Positions 54,368 to 63,307 of a stretch of 64,000 bases of DNA are shown here, one piece after another. The notes below the pieces were generated by a model. The model worked only from the letters and a program-made list of their open reading frames with translations, was not told the origin of the DNA and did not search any database. Source of the DNA: an uncultured virus (IMG/VR IMGVR_UViG_3300032321_001470) (Duplodnaviria > Heunggongvirae > Uroviricota > Caudoviricetes); IMG/VR virus record IMGVR_UViG_3300032321_001470; one strand, given 5' to 3'. The translations under genes and the position numbers were made by a program. How positions within the stretch are numbered: the stretch's first letter is position 1; each line of letters opens with the position of its first letter.

Positions 54368-55009
54368 TCAACCGTGCTGCGGACGCCGGGAGAGGATGAT
54401 ATTTTCAGTGTTTTTTAGCACGGGCAGGAAGCCAAACTCTAGATATCTCTCAGTAATTTCCCTGTCCCTCCCGTCGTGCTCAATGCAGATCACACTAGTG
54501 CGGAACCGATCTGGGTCAAATTGCAGGGAAAGGTCTGAAGACGTGCCCTCGACATCAATTGATACAAAGTCTATGACTGGGTTGATTGAATATGAAAGAT
54601 CAAGCACTTCTTTCATCGTAACCACGGGGACATAAATCTCAGAAAATTCTGTCCCTGGGATTGGGATGTTTTTAACATAATCTTTCCATTTTTCGTAGTT
54701 TTCCACTTCCATGGTTGAGACGCCAGAATTTGGAGACTCCCACATGAGCCGAATTCTCTCTTTTGCCTGATGATCGCCTGTGATCATTGCGTTGATAAGG
54801 GTCATTTTTTTGTCGCCCCGATAGAGATTAAAAAGCTTTTGGAAGGAAAAAGAAGATCCGTCGACTAAAACCCCCGACCAGCCAAGTTCCGCCAGCCTTC
54901 TCGTGTTGCTCATATTGACCCCGTCGTATGCGCCAATGTCAAGGAACGAGCCGACAGTGCCCTCAAATAATTGAAGGATTATCTCTTCTTCGTTATTTTG
55001 AGAATACAC
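54368..55009 (-). CDS. FkbM-family SAM-dependent methyltransferase
   Basis: YSQNNEE, FLDIGAYDG..SNT, GWSGVLVD, IDFVSIDVEG, ICIEH. Confidence 0.9.
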   Translation of the reverse strand: MYSQNNEEEIILQLFEGTVGSFLDIGAYDGVNMSNTRRLAELGWSGVLVDGSSFSFQKLFNLYRGDKKMTLINAMITGDHQAKERIRLMWESPNSGVSTMEVENYEKWKDYVKNIPIPGTEFSEIYVPVVTMKEVLDLSYSINPVIDFVSIDVEGTSSDLSLQFDPDRFRTSVICIEHDGRDREITERYLEFGFLPVLKNTENIILSRRPQHG

Positions 55010-55174
55010 CTAAAGGGCGGCAATAAGGTCAACTGCGGCGGCAACGACCTCATCCAGACTCTTGCTGACGGCGCTGCCAACCACACGCTTGTCCCTGCGG
55101 TCCCAAATAATGGCAATCCACTCTGCGCCGTGTAGGCCAATGTGAATAACCTCGTAGCGGTCTTTCTTGCTCAT
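55010..55174 (-). CDS. 54-aa hypothetical protein (not in ORF track)
   Basis: MSKKDRYEVIHIG...; ATGA overlap upstream, abuts the FkbM gene. Confidence 0.55.
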   Translation of the reverse strand: MSKKDRYEVIHIGLHGAEWIAIIWDRRDKRVVGSAVSKSLDEVVAAAVDLIAAL

Positions 55175-55527
55175 GACTTCACCAGCTTTGTGTCTTTTGC
55201 GTCAAATTTCTTACCCCAGACGCCACGCTTTAGGGCAATGGCAATGAGGGCATAGTTGGCGATATCAAGAAGGGCATCTTCAAGAAACTCGTCAACGTGC
55301 TCCTCTTTTATTGGGTCAAGTAAGACTTTACCATCGACAATCTTGCCATTCAAACTCTTCATGACTCGAGACATCTTGTCGTTGGCAACCCTACTAAGGA
55401 CCCCGTACAATCCTAACTGCTCAATGTTCAAGTTGCCATACTTTGCCTGTCTTTCAACAAGCAGGGAAAACGCCTCCCCGTAAATCTCTCGAAATGCCTC
55501 TTGGAACGTCGGCTCTGCTTTTGTCAT
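55171..55527 (-). CDS. Nucleotide modification associated domain 1 (DUF1599/Nmad1)-like protein
   Basis: RQAKYG..NI...G...R..DKMSR...EDALLDIANYALIA...W. Confidence 0.78.
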   Translation of the reverse strand: MTKAEPTFQEAFREIYGEAFSLLVERQAKYGNLNIEQLGLYGVLSRVANDKMSRVMKSLNGKIVDGKVLLDPIKEEHVDEFLEDALLDIANYALIAIALKRGVWGKKFDAKDTKLVKS

Positions 55528-55715
55528 CCGTTGTTCCTCACCATCCAAAGCATTGAGAGCACATTGCCAAATAAAACTGCCCCGGCAACAAAGAGCGCAA
55601 GCCCACCTCCGGGTTCATTTGATCTCCTGTAAACCTGAACAAACATCACCGAATGAAATATGGACAGCAGAAACAGCCAGCCCACAATGATGTTACCGAG
55701 TAGTACCTGATCCAT
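55524..55715 (-). CDS. Small two-TM membrane protein
   Basis: Hydrophobic 63-aa ORF. Confidence 0.6.
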   Translation of the reverse strand: MDQVLLGNIIVGWLFLLSIFHSVMFVQVYRRSNEPGGGLALFVAGAVLFGNVLSMLWMVRNNG

Positions 55716-55887
55716 CTTTCTTCCCCTTTTTGAAAATCATTGGAAAGCACTCTGAGCAAACAAGTTGATTGCCCCAACCGCTTCCATCGTCGTAGCCAAC
55801 ATTAATACAGGAACTTTTGCGCATGTGGCAAACGCCGCATCGCGGGTTCCTGGGGTTACTTTCTTCCTGCTTCTGTTCTCTTTGCAT
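55693..55887 (-). CDS. Small Zn-finger protein
   Basis: CGVC...CSEC. Confidence 0.5.
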   Translation of the reverse strand: MQREQKQEESNPRNPRCGVCHMRKSSCINVGYDDGSGWGNQLVCSECFPMIFKKGKKDGSGTTR

Positions 55888-56065
55888 GTTCCTTGCAAGT
55901 ATAGCGCATCCTTGAGGATGCTGATGCCCCAGTAAAGACAATCTCTTTGTAGCAAAAAATGCCGTTGGTCTTAAGTTGCGTACAGCACTCAATGCAGGCA
56001 CGTGAGGACAGGGCCACCTTTGGGGGTGGTCCAGATTGCTTCTTTGCCGCTATCTTTGCTGCCAT
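55856..56065 (-). CDS. Small Cys-containing protein
   Basis: CIEC...CKEH; TATGAT 6 nt before the ATG. Confidence 0.6.
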   Translation of the reverse strand: MAAKIAAKKQSGPPPKVALSSRACIECCTQLKTNGIFCYKEIVFTGASASSRMRYTCKEHAKRTEAGRK

Positions 56066-56207
56066 GAAAAAATCATAACACAGAAAAAGTAAATTTATGG
56101 CAAAAACGAAAACAATCTGGCATTATTACCAAACCGGCTTATGTCGGTAGGGTCTTTGGCCCTGGCCGCCTTGGGGTTTCCTCCTTTTCCCCTTGGCGGC
56201 CACTTCT

Positions 56208-56888
56208 TTACGCGGGGATATCCTTCCCCTCAACAAGCCAGAGGAAGAACCCCGTTGCGGTACCCTTCTTCTCAACGTATCTGCGATACGCCATGACCAA
56301 GGGTTCGGCTTCCTCTCTTGCAAGGCGAAGCTCGATACCGCCAATCTTCACCATCATTGCCATGTTTGGGTCAAGTGGCGGAGCGGTTCTTTGGGCGATG
56401 CTGCCATCAAGCCCGTCAACAAATTCTGTTCTCATTGCATTCGGGTCTGACATCTGTGGGATTTGCGGGATGCTTCCGTTTTGCGCATCACCAGAAAAAT
56501 CCAAATTTGGCTCGTCTTCGGAGTAGCCAGTTGCCAGAAACAGGTCCTGCTCTTGGATGCTATTGATCAACTCTTCGAGCAAGTCCTCATCGTAAAACCC
56601 AAGGTCCTGCGTCCGATTGTCAGCAAGGGCAAATGCGGTCGCGGTCTGGTCGTCATCCTGCACCCAAACAACAGCAATCTGCTTCCAGCCAAGTTGCTGG
56701 GCAGCCTGAAGTGTGTGGTTGCCGGCGATTACCTCGTTAGTGCTTTTGCGCACAACAATTGGTCGTCGCTGACCAAACTTTGCAAGCGAGCGCGCAATTG
56801 CCTCAACGTTTCCTCGGCGCGGATTCTTCCCCCACGGCTTTAGCCCCTCAATGGGTGTCGCAAGTGGAATAAGGTCATCAATAATCAC
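56208..56888 (-). CDS. ParB/Srx N-terminal domain protein
   Basis: NPRRGNV...FGQRRPIVV...IAGNHT...ALADNRT. Confidence 0.88.
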   Translation of the reverse strand: MIIDDLIPLATPIEGLKPWGKNPRRGNVEAIARSLAKFGQRRPIVVRKSTNEVIAGNHTLQAAQQLGWKQIAVVWVQDDDQTATAFALADNRTQDLGFYDEDLLEELINSIQEQDLFLATGYSEDEPNLDFSGDAQNGSIPQIPQMSDPNAMRTEFVDGLDGSIAQRTAPPLDPNMAMMVKIGGIELRLAREEAEPLVMAYRRYVEKKGTATGFFLWLVEGKDIPA

Positions 56889-57283
56889 TTTGAAACTCCA
56901 GTCTCTTCTGCAACAGTTTTTCTTAATGCGCGAAGCGTTTCTGCTGAAGATTCAAACGCATTCGTAATTTCTTCAATGGACTTCAAAAGGTTTTCCTTAC
57001 TGGCAGAAACCTTGACTACGGTTGACTGCTGGCTTGCCTCGACCTCAGAGAATTCCATCAAAATTCTCTTAGCAATTTTAGACTTTCCAGGAACGCCCTT
57101 GTGAGCATATGTTCTCATTGTCTCTGGCGTCACGCCGTAGTCTGCGGCCAACGCACGGCAAGCACCAGAAATGCTTGCCACCCCGATTGGGGATCGATGC
57201 ATTAACACTTGCTGAACAATAATCTGGTCAACAACTCCTTGTTTTGAGTTCATTCTTCCTCCACTTTTTGCAGGAATAATCAC
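56885..57283 (-). CDS. Hypothetical protein (possible HTH)
   Basis: LAADYGVTPETMRTY; coupled to the ParB-like gene. Confidence 0.55.
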   Translation of the reverse strand: MIIPAKSGGRMNSKQGVVDQIIVQQVLMHRSPIGVASISGACRALAADYGVTPETMRTYAHKGVPGKSKIAKRILMEFSEVEASQQSTVVKVSASKENLLKSIEEITNAFESSAETLRALRKTVAEETGVSK

Positions 57284-57326
57284 CTGCCTGTGGATAGCCT
57301 ACAGCATTGGCGCCCGTCGTGCAAAC

Positions 57327-57473
57327 TCAATAATAATCCGAGCACGACGCGTAGTAGCCACACTCGCAGATAAGTTTACATTTTCTTTCTTCCATCTTTT
57401 TGCCGCAATTTGCACAAGTTAATACAATATCTTCAGCCGACGGTTCTGTATTCTGTGTTTCCGGGCTTGACAA
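57327..57473 (-). CDS. 48-aa Zn-ribbon microprotein (not in ORF track)
   Basis: CANCGKKMEERKCKLICECGYYASCSDYY. Confidence 0.65.
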   Translation of the reverse strand: MSSPETQNTEPSAEDIVLTCANCGKKMEERKCKLICECGYYASCSDYY

Positions 57474-57485
57474 GTCAATTTCCAA

Positions 57486-57720
57486 GGGTACAATCCTCTC
57501 TATTGTTCTCAGGGAACAGAACCATATGGTTCTTAGGTATAACGGTACTCAGGTATTAGGTACTCTTAGAAATACCTTTATCTTCCGGGTACAGCTATCC
57601 CTCTAGTTCCTTCGGTACTACGTACCTCAGGAACTCTCGGGATACTGTACCCGATTACTACGGTATCTCAAGAACATTCGGTATTTCATACCTCATGTTC
57701 TCAAGATACCTTCGTAATCC
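57486..57720. repeat. Non-coding GGTAY/RTACC repeat cluster, candidate replication origin
   Basis: About 14 GGTAY pentamers on either strand in ~235 bp at a transcription divergence point. Confidence 0.55.
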
Positions 57721-57793
57721 TATTTCCCCCTTTATCCCTACCCTTTTTCCCCCGTTGACGCATTTTGAGTAAGGACTTACTTTGATAGCCCGC

Positions 57794-57823
57794 TTGACAA
57801 CCTCATTGTGGGTCGCCTATAGT
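57794..57823 (+). promoter_or_regulatory. Sigma70-type promoter
   Basis: TTGACA-N18-TATAGT. Confidence 0.7.
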
Positions 57824-57863
57824 GATTGTCCAAGCAAAGATGTCTTGGGGAAAGAAGGAGAAA

Positions 57864-58214
57864 ATGAAAACAGAGCAGGTCTCAATTCTTGAGGCAGCGC
57901 AGATCCTTGGAGTTTCCTACTCGGCGGCAGTGCAGGCTGCGCGACGATATGGCTGGAAGAAAATTAGCGCGGGTCAGGGGCCGAACGGCGGTCGTCCGCG
58001 AATTATGTATCTCCGCCCAGAAGTGGAGGCATACGGAAGTAATCGCAACCGACAAACCTTTAAGTCCAAAAAGGTTGATGAAAATCTTTTGCGAGAAGTA
58101 GAAAAAGCGGCAAGGAATAAAAAGCCTATCGGTCGTATTGCAAAAGAGTTGGGCGTAAGTCACTTCCTGATTGGAAGCGCCGCATACGAATTGGTTAGCA
58201 AGGGCAAGCGATAA
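57864..58214 (+). CDS. HTH DNA-binding protein (excisionase/MerR-like N-terminus plus second HTH)
   Basis: SILEAAQILGVSY...; IAKELGVS; AAGGAG RBS. Confidence 0.75.
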   Translation: MKTEQVSILEAAQILGVSYSAAVQAARRYGWKKISAGQGPNGGRPRIMYLRPEVEAYGSNRNRQTFKSKKVDENLLREVEKAARNKKPIGRIAKELGVSHFLIGSAAYELVSKGKR

Positions 58215-58219
58215 TCTTT

Positions 58220-58295
58220 GCCGCCGTAGCTCAGTGGATAGAGCGACTGCCTTCTAAGCAGTTGGCCGCAGGTTCGATTCCTGTCGGCGGCGCCA
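58220..58295 (+). tRNA. tRNA-Arg (anticodon TCT)
   Basis: GCCGCCG acceptor stem, TAGCTCAGTGGATAGAGC D-arm, CT-TCT-AA loop, GGTTCGATTCC T-arm, encoded CCA. Confidence 0.95.
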
Positions 58296-58317
58296 TGATT
58301 TCTGCTATACTGCACAC

Positions 58318-58656
58318 ATGACCAGGTCGGAAGCGTTGCAAATCATGAGAGAGACCAGTGCGCAACTAACTGTCGGCGATAACTGGCGAGAGGTTGTTGA
58401 CCCGTCTTTTTACATCAAGGGCGGATGGCCAAAAGAATTTGTTGACGCGCTTGTTCGCGAGCACACATCAGAGCCCGTCGTCTCATACGGCGTATGGCAC
58501 AAGGAATTTCTTCAGGCGCTTTGTGATGTTTTAGAAGTTGCCCCAGAGGAATACAATCAAAAGCAGGGAATCGCAGCGCAGTGCAAGGGCATGGCGATTT
58601 GCGTGTGGCTTGCTTTTTACGAAGAGGAGGAAAAGCGTGGCAAAGCACAGGCATAA
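58318..58656 (+). CDS. Hypothetical protein
   Basis: TGcTATACT 6 nt before the ATG. Confidence 0.65.
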   Translation: MTRSEALQIMRETSAQLTVGDNWREVVDPSFYIKGGWPKEFVDALVREHTSEPVVSYGVWHKEFLQALCDVLEVAPEEYNQKQGIAAQCKGMAICVWLAFYEEEEKRGKAQA

Positions 58657-58855
58657 GCCCCGAAAAGATTTTTCTAAGATGAGCAACCTAGATCTTCTTG
58701 CGGTATCGGAAAGAAGGTCGTTGATGTTTAGCTGGGTGGCGTATCTTGATGACAAGAGCGATGAAGATCGGCTTAGGTTTATCACCAGCGCAATGAAAAG
58801 CATTGCACTCGTAGACGAGGAGATGTCTCGTCGTGGTATTGGAACTTGCAGCTAA
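58637..58855 (+). CDS. Hypothetical protein
   Basis: GAGGAGG RBS before the GTG. Confidence 0.55.
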   Translation: MAKHRHKPRKDFSKMSNLDLLAVSERRSLMFSWVAYLDDKSDEDRLRFITSAMKSIALVDEEMSRRGIGTCS

Positions 58856-59577
58856 GGCTTTTTCGCCTCTTAGTTTCCGCAATTGTAATTGCTTCACTGG
58901 CCCTTCCGACAACTTTGTTGACGGAGCCTAAGAAGCAATTCGAGTGGATTACTGCCCCTCTTCCTTGCTCGGAAGAAATAGGGCAACCGTGCTGGTCCCA
59001 GTATTCCCCTGAAGTTTTTGATAAGTGGTCAACGGCAATTTTGGTCACCGGATATGCCACAACCTACGATGCTTTTTATACAAACAACAGGCAGTCGTGG
59101 TACTCGTTGGGCAAGTCTGGTAAGCCAGGAAAGAACGGATACCTTGTTGAAAACAAAGAGACATGCAAGAGAAACCCTGGTTGGAAATGTTTTGCTGTAG
59201 ATATGGGCACGTGGGTTCAGTATCGAAGAAAGTGGACTGCAACAACTGAAAACTTGTACGCAGCGCTTGGCCCTTATCTCAGAGGAATTATTGGAAAGCA
59301 GATGCCCCGATACCACAGCATTCCAATCCACAAGCTTAGGGTTACATCGCTTCAAACAAACATTTCCGTTGAGGTCTGGATTACCGACTACTGCCAGTGC
59401 AACGGCTATGTGGTGTCTGGTGGCAAAAAGATTAATCCTCTGGTAGACTTGAGCCCTCAGGCGTGGGCCGAGATGGGGCGAGAGGAATATTACGTAAACG
59501 GCAAGAGATACTACCGAAACGCTGCCACGGGCGGTAAGTGGAGCAGCAACTGGATTACGGTAGAATATCTTCCATAG
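58846..59577 (+). CDS. Exported protein with an RlpA/expansin-like double-psi beta-barrel
   Basis: Signal-like N-terminus; ATTY...YAAL...VWITDYCQC...VDLSPQAW. Confidence 0.65.
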   Translation: MQLRLFRLLVSAIVIASLALPTTLLTEPKKQFEWITAPLPCSEEIGQPCWSQYSPEVFDKWSTAILVTGYATTYDAFYTNNRQSWYSLGKSGKPGKNGYLVENKETCKRNPGWKCFAVDMGTWVQYRRKWTATTENLYAALGPYLRGIIGKQMPRYHSIPIHKLRVTSLQTNISVEVWITDYCQCNGYVVSGGKKINPLVDLSPQAWAEMGREEYYVNGKRYYRNAATGGKWSSNWITVEYLP

Positions 59578-59591
59578 GTGGGGTTCGGGAA

Positions 59592-59894
59592 GTGGCTTGG
59601 GTTGAAGTAAAGTCGTGCGGTCGGTGTGGTGAGGCGTGGCCAAACTCCGTTGACTTTTATCAAAACCCTAACGACAAAAATTGCAGGGCTTGCAAGTACG
59701 AGGTCAAAAAAGCACAGCACGATCGTGACCCAAGCAGGGCAAAGAGCCCAGAGCAACGGGCAAAGGCGGCGGAAAAGCAGCGCCGCCGCTGGAAGCGCCT
59801 AAAGGGAGACCCGGCGTGGAAGGCAAAAATGGCAGAGCGCCAAAGAAGAAAGCGCTATCAAAAAAAGGTTCAAAGTACGCTTGGCACAAGCTAA
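59592..59894 (+). CDS. Basic Zn-finger protein
   Basis: CGRC...DFY...CRAC followed by an Arg/Lys-rich helix. Confidence 0.6.
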   Translation: MAWVEVKSCGRCGEAWPNSVDFYQNPNDKNCRACKYEVKKAQHDRDPSRAKSPEQRAKAAEKQRRRWKRLKGDPAWKAKMAERQRRKRYQKKVQSTLGTS

Positions 59895-59941
59895 AATACA
59901 AAGAACCCTGGCAATATAAGAAGTTTGTGTATACTCCCCCC

Positions 59942-60934
59942 ATGAAGAGCATTCTGGTTACTGGCGCGGGTGGATTCATTGGCGGCTGGCTTGTTCGTGA
60001 GCTTGTCCGACGCGATGAGGGCCAAGTTTTTGCTGTGGACAAGAAGCCCCTTTCGGAGTGGGAGCAAATTTCCCCGATAGCAAAGTCGTATGGCGAGACA
60101 AATCTTGCCATCGCTGAGTACGCCAACATGTCGGCACTTGGCATGGATGAGGTGTACAACCTTGCGGCGGACATGGGCGGCATGGGCTTCATTGAGCACA
60201 ACAAGGCCGCGTGCATGCTCTCTGTTCTTACCAGTACCAATATGTTGGTTGCTGCGCGAAAATCAAACGTCAAGAGATTCTTTTATTCCTCTAGCGCTTG
60301 CGTCTATGCAGCAGACAAGCAAATGGACGCAGACGTCACTGCGCTGAAAGAGGCTGACGCATATCCAGCAATGGCAGAAGATGGCTACGGCTGGGAGAAG
60401 CTTTTTTCTGAGCGTATGGCACGACACTTCCGCGAGGACTTTGGGCTTGAGACCCGTGTCGCGCGATATCACAATGTGTATGGACCAAGTGGCACGTGGA
60501 CTGGCGGTCGAGAAAAAGCCCCCGCCGCTATTTGCAGAAAAGTTGCCGAAGCAGTTATTGGAAGAAAGCATGAGATTGAGATTTGGGGCGACGGAGAACA
60601 AACCCGGTCGTTCATGTACATTGACGATTGTGTTCAGGGGACAATTAAAATTATGCAGTCCGATGTCCATGAACCCCTCAACCTTGGGTCGTCTGAGCTT
60701 GTCTCAATCAACCAGCTGGTTTCTATTGTTGAGGACATCGCTGGTGTCAGCCTGGATCGCCGATACAACCTTGATGCCCCAAAGGGAGTGCGAGGGAGAA
60801 ACAGCGACAACACTATGATTCAAGATCGACTTGGTTGGCAGCCGTCAATCTCCCTGCGCAGTGGTCTTGAGAAAACTTATGAGTGGGTTTTTAAGCAAGT
60901 AGAAAAAAAGAAGCAAGAGGGCTCGCAATGGTAA
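59942..60934 (+). CDS. NAD-dependent epimerase, GDP-mannose 3,5-epimerase-like
   Basis: GAGGFIG, NLAADMGGMGFI, SSACVY, YGWEK, GGREKAPAAICRK, GVRGRNSDN. Confidence 0.9.
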   Translation: MKSILVTGAGGFIGGWLVRELVRRDEGQVFAVDKKPLSEWEQISPIAKSYGETNLAIAEYANMSALGMDEVYNLAADMGGMGFIEHNKAACMLSVLTSTNMLVAARKSNVKRFFYSSSACVYAADKQMDADVTALKEADAYPAMAEDGYGWEKLFSERMARHFREDFGLETRVARYHNVYGPSGTWTGGREKAPAAICRKVAEAVIGRKHEIEIWGDGEQTRSFMYIDDCVQGTIKIMQSDVHEPLNLGSSELVSINQLVSIVEDIAGVSLDRRYNLDAPKGVRGRNSDNTMIQDRLGWQPSISLRSGLEKTYEWVFKQVEKKKQEGSQW

Positions 60935-61515
60935 AGAAGCGCCTATCCCTGCTAATCCCGACCCTGAATGATCGCTCCGCTATTTGCGAGCAGGTTACTT
61001 CGGAAATTGTTAATCAATTAACTACCGAGGTTGAAATGTTGGTTCTTCCCGACGACGGAGAAAGTAGCATTGGCGCAAAGAGGAACATTTTGCTTGAGGG
61101 CGCAACGGGAGATTACGTTGCATTCATTGACGACGACGACATGATTAGCAAGGATTACATTGAAAAGGTTCTTGCTGCCCTTGAGGGTAATCCGGACTGC
61201 GCCTCGCTTGATGGGTATGCGTATTGGCGAGACGGAAGCAAACGCCTCTTTAGGCACTCTATTGAATACACAAGTTGGTACACCAGCGAGGGTGTTGACT
61301 ATCGAATGCCTAACCACGTCAATGCCGTTAGGCGGGAATACGCCTTGCGGGTGCGATTTCCTGAAATTAATCACGCAGAAGATCACCAATACTCAAAAGA
61401 CCTCCAGCAATACTTAAAGACAGAAGGAAAGATTGAGGGTGTGATTTACCACTACTATCAATCTACCGAGTTCCCAAAAGCGCTCCGATCAGAACTGCTA
61501 AAGAACATTAAATGA
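60928..61515 (+). CDS. GT2-family glycosyltransferase
   Basis: LSLLIPT, IGAKRN, GDYVAFIDDDD, AED. Confidence 0.88.
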   Translation: MVKKRLSLLIPTLNDRSAICEQVTSEIVNQLTTEVEMLVLPDDGESSIGAKRNILLEGATGDYVAFIDDDDMISKDYIEKVLAALEGNPDCASLDGYAYWRDGSKRLFRHSIEYTSWYTSEGVDYRMPNHVNAVRREYALRVRFPEINHAEDHQYSKDLQQYLKTEGKIEGVIYHYYQSTEFPKALRSELLKNIK

Positions 61516-62243
61516 AACTTCTGATTAAGTTCCCAACAAGGCAGCGCCCTGAGCTCTTCTTCAAGACGCTGGAGAAGTACATTGCTATGGCCTCCGGCAG
61601 GCATGAGATTGAGATTATTGTCTCCATGGACACCGACGATAAACTCATGAATAACGAGGTGGTCAGGGAGAAGCTTGAGCGAATTAAGGCCAATGGCAAT
61701 GACCTTAAGTATTTTTATGGAACCTCTTCTACCAAGATTGAGGCGATCAACGCGGACATGGATAAGGCAAGCAGCGACTGGGACATGGTCTTCAACGGGC
61801 AGGACGATATGATCCCGCTCTCGTTTGGATACGACGACATGATGCTTTCTCGACTTGTAGAGCACTACCCGGACACCGACGGCGCGCTCTGGCTTGATGA
61901 TCACGCTATGGGCGGATTGAATAACTGCACAATCGTTGCCGCTGGTAGAAAATACTATGAGCGCTTTAATTACATCTATTACCCAGGCTACAAGTCTCTG
62001 TATGCGGACAACGAATACACCGCAGTTGGAAAGGGTCTTGGAAGGTTAACCTACATCGCAGACGATATCGTCAAGCACGAATGGATTGGGACAAACGAGT
62101 TTCGGGACCCACTCCTGGAGAGAAATGAGCAGGAGTGGATGTACACGTATGACCGAATGGTGTTTGAGGCAAGGGGTAACAAGGGCTTCCCAATCGATGG
62201 AGGTGGGGCTTGGAAATCACACAAGAGCGACCCTCAACCCTAA
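61512..62243 (+). CDS. GT-A fold glycosyltransferase
   Basis: KFPTRQRP, KIEAIN, QDDMIP, YKSLYADNE. Confidence 0.75.
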   Translation: MKLLIKFPTRQRPELFFKTLEKYIAMASGRHEIEIIVSMDTDDKLMNNEVVREKLERIKANGNDLKYFYGTSSTKIEAINADMDKASSDWDMVFNGQDDMIPLSFGYDDMMLSRLVEHYPDTDGALWLDDHAMGGLNNCTIVAAGRKYYERFNYIYYPGYKSLYADNEYTAVGKGLGRLTYIADDIVKHEWIGTNEFRDPLLERNEQEWMYTYDRMVFEARGNKGFPIDGGGAWKSHKSDPQP

Positions 62244-62728
62244 AGCCTCACCCAGACAATCCTCGCTCTGGGGACGTTGGGGCAATAGTCGATTCGATTA
62301 AGAAAAACGGCTGGCACGGCGTGGTGGTCTGCCAAAAGTCCACTCGAAGAATCCTGGTAGGAAACCATCGCGTTAGGGCTGCGTTGATTCTTGACCTCAA
62401 AGAGATTCCGGTGCAGTGGGCTGACGTTGACGATCAGCGCGCACGAGCCATCCTTCTTGCGGATAACCGCGCCTCTGACCTTGGCGGGTACGACGACGAA
62501 ATCCTTGCGCGAGTCGTGTATGAGTCTGCGGTTGACGGGCTTCTTGACTCAACAGGCTACGACCTAGAGGATATGGATCGGTTAGTGCGGCAGGCGATGG
62601 AGCCAGCGCCAATGGACCTAGATGAGAAGAAGACCGAGTGCCCAATGTGCGGGCACAGGTTTTACGCTATCGCCTCTGGCGGCAGGCGGTCCAGGCGACC
62701 TTCCCATCCTGGCGGGTCAAAGTCCTGA
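62210..62728 (+). CDS. Second ParB/Srx N-terminal domain protein with C-terminal CxxC
   Basis: HPDNPRSGD...LVGNHR...LLADNR; CPMCG. Confidence 0.85.
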   Translation: MEITQERPSTLKPHPDNPRSGDVGAIVDSIKKNGWHGVVVCQKSTRRILVGNHRVRAALILDLKEIPVQWADVDDQRARAILLADNRASDLGGYDDEILARVVYESAVDGLLDSTGYDLEDMDRLVRQAMEPAPMDLDEKKTECPMCGHRFYAIASGGRRSRRPSHPGGSKS

Positions 62729-62892
62729 GGGACGCCAATCCAGTTCACGCTCACTGACCGACCCGTAGCAATCGAGAGCACCGCGTCAAGAGCTTCCTCT
62801 GGGGTAAGTGCCAAATGAATCTGACCGTCGGCGTCGACCCTCCACGAGTCAACGTTTCCCCGGAGCATGGTAATCGTCGCAACGATCTTCAA
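62662..62892 (-). CDS. Hypothetical protein
   Basis: 4-nt overlap with the thioredoxin stop. Confidence 0.5.
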   Translation of the reverse strand: MKIVATITMLRGNVDSWRVDADGQIHLALTPEEALDAVLSIATGRSVSVNWIGVPQDFDPPGWEGRLDRLPPEAIA

Positions 62893-63191
62893 CGATCGAC
62901 CTTCTTGATCATATCGTCTGCTCGCACGAGGCCAGTAGCAGACGTGGGTGACCCGCCATTGTGGATAAACAGCAGCGTCGGGACCGACTTGATGTGATAT
63001 TCTTGTACAAGATTAGGATGGTTGTCCACATTGATCTTAATGATCTTGATGTCTGGTCGTTTCTGATTGACCTTTTCAAGCTCGGCGTTAATTGCCTTGC
63101 ACGGGTTGCACCAAGGCGCCCAAAAGTCTACAATGGCACTACTGGTCCCAACGGCTTCTTGGAGGGTCGTTGACTCAAGGTTGGTAATCAT
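62889..63191 (-). CDS. Thioredoxin
   Basis: VDFWAPWCNPC, KINVD, SVPTL. Confidence 0.9.
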   Translation of the reverse strand: MITNLESTTLQEAVGTSSAIVDFWAPWCNPCKAINAELEKVNQKRPDIKIIKINVDNHPNLVQEYHIKSVPTLLFIHNGGSPTSATGLVRADDMIKKVDR

Positions 63192-63307
63192 GGGGGGCTC
63201 CTGTCTACAGTGGTTATGAGCAGCATTATGACAGATTGCGGCGGAATATGCACCACTGCTATGCTCTGCCACCACCCCATGTCGGTGCGTAGTATGGAGC
63301 GTGTCCT

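Noticed and set aside
57864..58295. Excisionase plus tRNA as a prophage att boundary
   Set aside because: No integrase is present, no duplicated tRNA 3' end was seen, and phage-type genes continue on both sides.
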